A stretch of 64,000 nucleotides of DNA from positions 9,734,001 to 9,798,000 of the forward strand of contig OZ024765.1 of the NCBI GenBank assembly GCA_964016885.1. The letters are read 5' to 3'. Within the stretch, counting starts at the first letter, position 1. Each line of letters opens with the position of its first letter. This DNA comes from Eledone cirrhosa. Taxonomy: Eukaryota. Positions 1-10,321 of the stretch are shown piece by piece. The translations under genes were made by a program, and so were the position numbers. The notes beneath the pieces were generated by a model that was not told where the DNA came from, did not search any database, and saw nothing but the letters and a program-made list of their open reading frames with translations.

Positions 1-24
1 GTATGGTTAGGTAAGAGAGTGTGG

Positions 25-75
25 GTGTATGTATGTATGTATGTATGTATGTATATATATATATATATGTATATG

Positions 76-127
<52 letters not shown>

Positions 128-177
128 TACACACAAACACACACATATATATCCATATAAACTCACACACACATATT

Positions 178-211
<34 letters not shown>

Positions 212-236
212 CATATGCATATATACATATATATAC

Positions 237-268
<32 letters not shown>

Positions 269-310
269 TGTATATATATATATATACACTTATATATATA
301 TATATACACT

Positions 311-352
<42 letters not shown>

Positions 353-367
353 CATATATATATATAC

Positions 368-450
<83 letters not shown>

Positions 451-460
451 CATATATATA
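25..460. repeat. (TA)n/(CA)n microsatellite block; similar blocks throughout, e.g. 61160-61695 and 63470-64000
   Basis: Read directly from the sequence. Confidence 0.97.
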
Positions 461-590
461 GGTAGGTGATGTGGTTCAGTAGCTCTGTAGTAGATCTGTG
501 GTTTACTAAGGACCAGTACCAGTACCAGTACCAGTACCAGCACTCTATGCTATAGCAGAGTGTATATATTAAGAAGAAAAAAACAATGTC

Positions 591-795
591 TCACATTGAG
601 GCTTAGCTATTAGCCTCAGTTACACATGCTTCACAGATGGGCGGCTCAAGAGATGAGATTTTGGTTTAGCCTGATTAACAAGTCTGACAAGCAGATTGAG
701 GCTGGAGTTGTGTCTACAACACAAATATGGATCCTGAGCCACTCATCTGTGAAAGTTTCGTAACTGTGCTTTAATCAATAAAAACCTCAATGTGA
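591..795. mobile_element. Decayed MITE or fold-back element
   Basis: tcacattgagg / cctcaatgtga termini, plus the internal inverted pair ttcacagatgggcggctca / tgagccactcatctgtgaa. Confidence 0.5.
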
Positions 796-1020
796 AATCT
801 CATTTTGTTCTTTAACCCTTTAGCATTTAAACCGGCCATATCCAGCCAGAATTCCCTCATTTCTTTCTGTTCAAACCGGCTGTAACTGGCTATTCATCCA
901 ACATTAAGGTATTGTTCTCAAAATAAATGATATAAAAATCTCATAGATTCAATATTATGTAAGATAATTATGTGAGATAAAGCCTTAACTGTTAAAATAT
1001 AATAGTATATATAAAGTAAT

Positions 1021-1420
1021 CATCATCATCATCACCGTTTTACGTCCGTTCTTCCACGCTAGCATGGGTTAGACCGGGTTGTCCTGTTGTGGGCAGTGTC
1101 TGGTCGGCTGACCATGCCTTGCTCATTCAGGAACTGATTTGGCTTGATTTCTACAGCTGGATGCCCTTCCTAACACCAACCTCATTTACAGTGAGTGCTG
1201 GGTGCTTTTTCGTGGCGCCTACACGTCCACTTTACAGTGTGGGCTGGGTGCTTTTTTGCCGTGGCACCTCCACGACCACCTTGCAGTGGGGGGTGTGGGG
1301 GCATATTGTCTATATGCTTCAGCTTGTACCCATGGGAGGTCGGGTACTCTGTATTACTGCATGATGCCAGAGGTCACGGTCGTGTGTCATTGCCTGTGAG
1401 AGGTGTAATTGGGTAAGTGA
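1021..1420 (-). mobile_element. RTE 3' end fragment
   Basis: Near-identical to 3205-3600. Confidence 0.8.
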
Positions 1421-1673
1421 GTGGTAAAGGGTTAACCCTTTAGCATTTACATAACTTTATTTATACTATTATATTTTAACAGTTAAGGCTTTATCTTACA
1501 TAATATTCAATCTATGAGATTTTGATATCATTTATTTTGAGAACAATACCTTAACATCAGTATGAGTGGTCAATCACAGCCAGTTTGAACAGAGAGAGGT
1601 GAGAGAATTGTGACCGGATATGGCTGGTTTAAATGCTAAAGGGTTATATATATATATACACACACACACACAC

Positions 1674-1722
<49 letters not shown>

Positions 1723-1977
1723 CACACATTATATATATATCAAATTGGATGCAGTAAAAACCTGTTTGACCATTACTCACCAGAGTACTCGATACTTTGG
1801 GTAGTTGAGTATGGTAATATGAAAGGTCGGGACCCCGACGGCTGAGCTCTTGCCATTTCAACAGTCAGTTCCAGAGTTTGGAACTGACTGTGGAAACAGC
1901 AACAGTTAAGCCGACTCTTTCATATATATATATACAATATATTAACTAATGGAAACTATATTTCTAAAACCATATTT

Positions 1978-2041
1978 ATTTTATTATACATATTTCAAGG
2001 GCAACCAAGGCAAATTATGGTGCGCTTTCATCAGATAAAAT
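1978..2041 (-). ncRNA. Minimal type I hammerhead ribozyme motif (family A, inverted copy)
   Basis: Exact reverse complement of 2195-2258. Confidence 0.75.
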
Positions 2042-2194
2042 ACAGATTCGTTTTATAAATAAATATTGACATACCCGGAAAAAAGACAACCTTCATGGTT
2101 GGAGCTTCCTGGGTAGTCAGAACCGAGGAAGCTCCAACCATGAAGGTTGTCTTTTTTCCGGGTATGTCAATATTTATTTATAAAACGAATCTGT

Positions 2195-2258
2195 ATTTTA
2201 TCTGATGAAAGCGCACCATAATTTGCCTTGGTTGCCCTTGAAATATGTATAATAAAAT
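2195..2258 (+). ncRNA. Minimal type I hammerhead ribozyme motif (family A)
   Basis: attttat-CTGATGA-aagcgcacca taatttgcct tggttgccctt-GAAA-tatgta-TA-ataaaat. Stem I is a perfect 7 bp, stem II pairs, stem III is short and near-palindromic. Predicted cleavage after 2251. Confidence 0.75.
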
Positions 2259-3204
2259 AAATATGGTTTTAGAAATATAGTTTCCATTTGTTAATATATG
2301 TATATTTACTCCACTAATCTGTTATATTTAATTTGGTGGATTGGCAGAATCGGTAGAGCATTGGGTAAAATGCTTTGTGGCATTTGTTTGGGCTCTTTAT
2401 ATTCTGAGTTCAAATCCTGCCAAGTTTAGCTTTGCCTTTCATCCTTACAGGGTCGATAAAATATAAGTACCAGTAACATACTGGGGAGAGGGGTCAATTT
2501 AATCGACCTCTCCCGTCCCTATCAGAAATAGTAAAAAAATTGCTGGCCTTGTGCCTAAATTAGAAACCATTATTATTATTATTTTAAGGGCGGTGGATTG
2601 GCAGTGTCGGCAGAGAGTCAGACACCATGCTTTGCAGCATAGAGTTGTGGCCCTTTACGGCCTGGGCTGAAGTCCCACCAAGGTTAGCTTTGCCTTTCAT
2701 CCTTACGGGGGTCGATAAAATCAAGTACCAGTAATACACTGAGGTAATTGCTGGCCTTGTGCCAAAAGTTGAAACAATTTTTTTTTTTTTTAATTTCAAA
2801 ACAGTTCCATGCAAGTTCCTGCTGCAAAACTGGGTGCAACACTGCTGCACATCTGTAAAACATTGCAGGTGTACACCAATATATCATCATCACCGTAATC
2901 ATTATTTGCTGCTTTTCCTTGTTTTTTTGTTGTTGTTTCTTCAATGTTCTTCTTGTACAATAATATTTACTTGTTTTACTTCATTATAGTTGTTGTTGTT
3001 GTTTTATTTAATTCTTCTCCCCACCCCACAGAAACATCTTTTTTTCTTGACCCTTTCCATTACCATATCTCAAATGAAAGACACTGCTATATATATATAT
3101 GTCTATCTCTCTCTCTCTCTATATATATAAATATATGTATGTATATATATATATATATCTCTCTATATATATATATATGTGTCTATATCTCTCTCTATAT
3201 ATCA

Positions 3205-4190
3205 TCATCATCACCGTTTTACGTCCGTTCTTCCACGCTAGCATGGGTTAGACGGGTTGTCCTGTTGTGGGCAGTGTCTGGTCGGCTGACCATGCCTTGC
3301 TCATACAGGAACTGATCTGGCTTGATTTCTACAGCTGGATGCCCTTCCTAACACCAACCTCATTTACAGTGAGTGCTGGGTGCTTTTTCGTGGCGCCTAC
3401 ACGTCCACTTTACAGTGTGGGCTGGGTGCTTTTTTGCCGTGGCACCTCCACGGCCACCTTGCGGTGGAGGGGGGGGGGGGGGCATATTGTTTATATGCTT
3501 CAGCATGTACCCATGGGAGGTCGGGTACCCTGTATTACTGCGTGACGCCAGAAGTCACGGTCGTGTGTCATTGACTTTGAGAGGTGTAGTTGGGTAAGGT
3601 CGGCTTTTATCACCTCATCCCAAGTCATCTTGGGTCTCCCCACTCCGCGGTTTCCATCAACTTCTAGTGCTCTGCACCTTTTTATGCAGCTGTCATCCTT
3701 CATACGCATCACATGTCCATACCAGCGTAACCGCCTCTCCTGCACGCAGCATTTGATTCCTCTTATGCTCAGTCTCTCTCTCAATTCCTTTATGCTTTGT
3801 CGTTCACGTATATTACTGTTACACATCCATCGGAGCATGCAGGCTTCGTTTCTCTCTAATCTACGTAAGTCTTCCACCTTCAGCGCCCAGGTCTCACTAC
3901 CATGCAACATCGCTGTTCGGATACACGCATCATACAGTCTGCCTTTCATTCTGAGGGAGAAGCCTTTTGCAGCTAGCAGTGGTAGTAGTTCCCTAAACTT
4001 CTTCCATCCCGTTCTTACCCTAGTTATTGTACTTTCTGAGCACCCACCTCCGTTGCTAATTCGGTCACCTAGGTAGCAGAAGCTGTCTACTGTTTCTACA
4101 GGGCCCTCCCAGAGATTGGTGGTACTTGTTTCCTGTGGCTGTTTGCCTGCTGTTTCAGCACAGCTGCTGCATGTGAATCCTACATTCTTA
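3205..4190 (-). mobile_element. RTE-clade LINE, 5'-truncated (RT C-terminus, 3' UTR and (ATG)n tail)
   Basis: ORF 3500-3949 GRLYDACIRTAMLHGSETW...RRLRWYGHVMRM...GRPKMTW is typical of RTE. Confidence 0.9.
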
Positions 4191-5509
4191 ATTAAGCTTC
4201 CTATATATATATATGTGTATATATATATAATGAGGCCGTGTAGGTGTCACGACAAAAAACACATGGTCCACGCTGTAATGTGGCTGTGTAGGTAACACGG
4301 TAAAAACCTCCCAGTCCACACTGTAAACGTGGTTGGTGTTAGGAAGGGCATCCAGCCGTAGAAAACCCACCAGACAGTCCTATATGAGCAGGACAACCAC
4401 TCTTGCCTCAAGTGGGAAAATTCCCGTCCAAAGCTATGCTAGCGTGGAAGATGGACGTTAAACGATGATGATGATATATGTCTATATCTATAAATATATA
4501 AATAAAATAAGAAAATGCGAAGTAGTTTCAGATGTTAAAGTCCTTTATTGATAACGGTGTGATACATATTCCAATGACGACAGTGGTCACACGATTCCAC
4601 CTAACCAGTGCCGTGATCTCATCAGACAGCTTCTTACATAGTAAGGTGACATTCTCGAGGCAATCCAATATATATAATTGTTTCTACGTTAGGTACAAGG
4701 CTAGCAAATTACCCAGTGCATTACTGGTACTTTATTTTATCGACCCCGTAAGGATGAAAGGCAAAGTTAACCTTGGCGGGATTTGAACTCATAAATCCAA
4801 TATATATATAATGTTCTCTAAAAGTTCCTGAAACTCTGAAGAAGGGAATTTTCGGTCCTGAAATATCAAGACAGAAGAAACAACAGCAACAGCAAAAAAC
4901 AAGACAAAGATTACCAGGTAACTTACTTTTTCTTTCCCTCATCTTACAGTCCATTTTGCATTAGTTAACCTTCTATCTCTTTCCACATTATATATATATA
5001 TCATCATCATCATCATTTTACGTCCACTTTTCCCTGCTTGCAAGGGTGGGACGGGAACTGATACTGGCTTGATTTCTACAGCTGGATGCCCTTCCTAACA
5101 CCAACCTCATTTACAGTGAGTGCTGGGTGCTTTTTTGCCGTGGCACCTCCACGACCACTTTGCAGTGGAATGATAGGGACCTCATTCCCTATCATCTCAT
5201 TTCTACAGCTGAGTAAACTGGAGCAATGTGAAATAAAGTCTCTTGCTCAAGGAAACAACACATCACCCGGTCCGAGAATTGAACTCACAACCTTTCGATT
5301 GCAAGGCCAATGCTCTAACCAGTAAGCCATATGCCTACATATATATTTATATCATCATCATCGTTTAACATCCATCTTCCATGCTAGCATAGGTTAGACG
5401 GTTTTGTTCCATCTGATGCAGGAACGGTCGGGAGACTGTGTCTCGCTCGCACGGAAGCATCTCTGGAAGGTTTTTTACAGCTGGATGCCCTTCTTAACAC
5501 CAACCTCAT

Positions 5510-6648
5510 TTACAGTGTTGACTGGGAGCCTTTTTACCGTGTCTCCTACACGGCCACCTTACAGTGTGGACTGGGAGCCTTTTTACAGTGTCTCCTACAT
5601 GGCCACCTTACAGTGTGGACTGGGAGCCTTTTTACCGTGTCTCCTACACGGCCACCTTACAGTGTGGACTGGGAGCCTTTTTACAGTGTCTCCTACATGG
5701 CCACCTTACAGTGTGGACTGGGAGCCTTTTTACTGTGTCTCCTACATGGCCACCTTACAGTGTGGACTGGGAGCCTTTTTACCGTATCTCCTACACGGCC
5801 ACCTTACAGTGTGGACTGGGAGCCTTTTTACAGTGTCTCCTACATGGCCACCTTACAGTGTGGACTGGGAGCCTTTTTACTGTGTCTCCTACATGGCCAC
5901 CTTACAGTGTGGACTAGGAGCCTTTTTACTGTGTCTCCTACATGGCCACCTTACAGTGTGGACTAGGAGCCTTTTTACTGTGTCTCCTACATGGCCACCT
6001 TACAGTGTGGACTAGGAGCCTTTTTACCGTGTCTCCTACATGGCCACCTTACAGTGTGGACTAGGAGCCTTTTTACTGTGTCTCCTACATGGCCACCTTA
6101 CAGTGTGGACTGGGAGCCTTTTTACCGTGTCTCCTACATGGCCACCTTACAGTGTGGACTAGGAGCCTTTTTACCGTGTCTCCTACATGGCCACCTTACA
6201 GTGTGGACTGGGAGCCTTTTTACTGTGTCTCCTACATGGCCACCTTACAGTGTGGACTAGGAGCCTTTTTACCGTGTCTCCTACATGGCCACCTTACAGT
6301 GTGGACTAGGAGCCTTTTTACTGTGTCTCCTACATGGCCACCTTACAGTGTGGACTGGGAGCCTTTTTACCGTGTCTCCTACATGGCCACCTTACAGTGT
6401 GGACTAGGAGCCTTTTTACCGTGTCTCCTACATGGCCACCTTACAGTGTGGACTGGGAGCCTTTTTACTGTCTCCTACACGGCCACCTTACAGTGTGGAC
6501 TGGGAGCCTTTTTACTGTGTCTCCTACACAACCACCTTACAGTGTGGACTGGGAGCCTTTTTACTGTGTCTCCTACACGGCCACCTTACAGTGTGGACTG
6601 GGAGCCTTTTTACCGTGTCTCCTACACGGCCACCTTACAGTGTGGACT
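5510..6648. repeat. 49-bp minisatellite, about 23 copies
   Basis: Unit ttacagtgtggactgggagcctttttaccgtgtctcctacacggccacc. Confidence 0.95.
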
Positions 6649-6792
6649 GTTGTGTCATCGACACAGTGGATGGAACGGGAGAGGGAGGGTGGGGTAGGAT
6701 GTGTGGGGTGTACATTGGGTTATAATATATAAAATTAGAATTTTATTTCTCGCCCTAGCACAGTTGATACATAAATGTAAGTATGCATACGT

Positions 6793-6827
<35 letters not shown>

Positions 6828-8842
6828 CACACACACACATATATACGGGTTATATCGAATATTAATAATAATATTCGATTCGTTTGTAAACAAACGGCCC
6901 CGTTAAAGCTGTGCTGTGCCGATGACAAATCGTCATCCGTTTGTTCAACACTGGCATTGAGGAACAATCAACATATTTCTGGGTCATTACCCTTCATCAG
7001 GACTGTATATCTCTGCCAATCTGTTGAATTGAATATTATATGGTAGACTACTTTTTGTCATGACACCAGCCACTACAAGCTTACAGGTTGAACTGGGTGC
7101 TTTTTGTCATACCTATTCTAAGAACTGATATACACACAGCCCAATATACATACACACACATGATCATCGTTATGTCCACTCTTCCATGGTTGGATGTGTC
7201 CTTCTCAGTACGGGCATCTCTCTACTTGTTGCGTTCCGTCATCTCCTCTGCCACTCTTAGAGATTTGAGGTCAGCTCTCACTACCTCTGCCCAGGTCTTT
7301 CTTGGTCATCCTCTATTGCAGCTTCCTTCCACTGTGATTTACTGGCATTTCTTCAGCTGAGTGAACTGGAGCAACGTGAAATAAAATGTTTTGCTCAAGA
7401 ACACAATACAAAGCCTAGTCTGAGAATCAAACTCACAACCTCACGATTGTAAACCCAAAGCTCTAACCACTAAACCATGAGCCTTCACACACATATACAT
7501 CATCATCGTTTCATTTTACGTCTGCTTTTCCCTGCTTGCAAGGGTGGGACGGGAACTGATTCTGGTATGATTTCTACAGCTGGATGCCCTTCCTAACACC
7601 AACCTCATTTACAGTGAGTGCTGGGTGCTTTTTTGCCGTGGCACCTCCACGACCACTTTGCAGTGGAATGATAGAGACCCCAGTCCCTATCATCTCATTG
7701 GTAAAAAACCTCCCAGTCCACACTGTAAATGTGGTTGGTGTTAGGAAGGGCATCCAGCCGTAGAAAACCTGCCAGATAGTCCTATACAAGCGAGACATGG
7801 TCATCTGACCAATCTTACCTCAAATTGGAGAATTCCTGTCTAACCCATGCTAGCGTGGAAGATGGATGTTATACAATGATGATAATGTGTGTGTGTGTCT
7901 GTGTTTAACCCTTTAATGTTCAAACCAGCCAGAATTCTCTATCTCTTTCTGTTGAAACTGGCTGTAACCGGTCGTTCAAACTGATGTTAAGGTATTGTTC
8001 TCAAAATAAATACTTTCAAAATCTCATAGATTCGATATTATGTGATGTAAAGCCTTTCCCATGAAAATACAATAGTATATATAGAGTAATGTAAATGTTA
8101 TGTGAGATATTATGTGAGGTAAAGCCTTTCCCATGAAAATATAATAGTATCATCATCATCATCAGGTTTAGCGTCCGTGTTCCACGCTTGCATGGGTTTG
8201 GACGGGGGTTTTCCCACTTGAGGCAAGAGTGGTGGTCTTGCTCGCATAGGACTGTCTGGCGGGTTTTCTACAGTTGGATGCCCTTCCTAACACCAACCAC
8301 ATTTACAGTGTGGGGCTGGGAGGTTTTTACCGTGTTGCCTACACGGCCACATTACAGCGTGGACTGTCTGGCGGGTTTTCTACAGCTGGATGCCCTTCCT
8401 AACACCAACCACATTTACAGTATATATAGAGTAATGTAAATGTTATGTGAGATATTATGTGAGGTAAAGCCTTTACTGTGAAAATACAATAGTATATATA
8501 GAGTAATATGAATACTAAAGGGTTAAGGTGTTTTCTTGAACTTATCAGGTCAACAAGAAAAAGAGATCGATAAAATATATACCCGACTTGAAAAAAAACC
8601 CCAAAATTATTACTGGGTCAATACTATTAACTAACTCCCTTCAAGATGGTGCCCCAGCATGGTAGCAGTCTAATGACTGAAACCAATAAAAGAATCAAGG
8701 AACAACAATACAGATGATTATACCAATAATTGATTATTGATTATTTAATGATAAAGAGGATTTAAAGATATTTTAATAATGTTTTTTAATGTGAAAAACT
8801 TTACAAATGTTATTTTGCATTGCTGACACACATCAGCAAATG

Positions 8843-8879
<37 letters not shown>

Positions 8880-8919
8880 AGCAAATGGTGTATATATATA
8901 TGCTATACATCACCAAATG

Positions 8920-8955
<36 letters not shown>

Positions 8956-10085
8956 GCTATACAATCAGCAAATGGTATATATATATATATACTATTTGCT
9001 GATTGTATAGCATATATATATATATATATATATACCATTTGCTTGCTGATTGTATAGCATATATATACACACCATTTGGTGATGTATAGCATATATATAC
9101 ACACCATTTGGTGATGTATAGCATATATATACACACCATTTGCTGATGTATAGCATATATATACACACCATTTGCTGATGTATAGCATATATATACACAC
9201 CATTTGGTGATGTATAGCATATATATACACACCATTTGGTGATGTATATCATATATATATATACACCATTTGCTGATGTATAGCATATATATATATACAC
9301 CATTTGCTGATGTATAACATATATATATATATATATACACCATTTGTTGATATATACCATATAAATATATATATATATATATATATATCTGCTATACATC
9401 AGCAATATATATATATGTATACATACATTTCTCTGCTATATATCAAGAAATGATATATAGTGTAGCAGAGAAGACACCACAGCAAGGTGGTGCTATGTAC
9501 CTTACCACGCCACACACATGTACCATGTCTTCTTATCACCTGACTCTTTCTTTCCTCTGCCTACACTTACTCCCCATCCATTACCTGATCACATATATAT
9601 ATATATACACCCTGTCAACATACCCTGACTCTTTTCCTTCCTGTCTATACCCACTCCACACAGTCAACACATTAAACCCCTCTCACCTGCCACATTCTTC
9701 TTTCAGCTATATCCATCCCATTTATTACCTTACCACACATACAACCTCCACCCCTTCTCATCCACCTCATACCCTCAACACACTCCAAACCTTCTTTCTG
9801 TCCTCTACCCACCCCAACATATACTTTATCTTGCCACACATACATATATACACCAGCAACACCCCTTCCTCATGGCCCTTGCATACCCCTACATTTTCTT
9901 TCTTGTTTATACTTACCCCAACACATTAACCCCTTCACTTGCCTCAAACCTTCTTGTCTATACCCATCCCTCACACATACACCCTGCCAACAAAGTAACC
10001 CCCCTCACACCAAACCTTCTATACTGGCTATACCCCCCCTCCCCTGTCAACACAGTAACCATTCTCCATACCCACTCCGCATCCA

Positions 10086-10321
10086 TTATTTGAGGTTTGG
10101 CAGTGGAATTGTATAGATGGATTCATTGTCTCCCCCACACAGCAAAGTTTCTTCCTCAACGTCCAGCGAGTTTATTGACAGGCAGTGGCTACCCCCTTCC
10201 AGGAGTGATGTGATCTCTATCTTGTGTCGATCAGAAGCACTGAGTCCCCAGGGGTTGTTGGTGTTTAGCATGCCGGACAGACCCAAGTTACTGTTGTCCA
10301 GCAGCTTCTGGCTGGTTCCAA
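10086..10321 (-). CDS. NUP43: Nup43 coding exon 8, terminal (236 nt including stop)
   Basis: ttttag|(V)GTSQKLLD...LSINSLDVEEETLLCGGDNESIYTIPLPNLK-TAA. Confidence 0.9.

Larger units (their letters stand above)
1937..2299. repeat. Near-perfect palindrome with 174-bp arms and a 15-bp spacer
   Basis: Arms 1937-2110 and 2126-2299 are reverse complements with one mismatch seen. Confidence 0.95.

Noticed and set aside
1765-1915. gaccccgacggctgagctc plus a 13-bp hairpin; relatives near 26212, 38135 and 60040
   Set aside because: A dispersed repeat with a hairpin, but no intact CUGANGA/GAAA geometry, so I did not call it a ribozyme.
2795-2875. Cys-rich peptide VQQCCTQFCS on the minus strand, resembling an insulin A-chain
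   Set aside because: It lacks the final Cys and has no B-chain exon or supported donor; likely chance.
4530-4670. Unique exon-like sequence; similarly 6860-7025
   Set aside because: Splice-like sites exist, but I found no recognisable protein and could not chain the exons. TBLASTX or RNA-seq would be needed.
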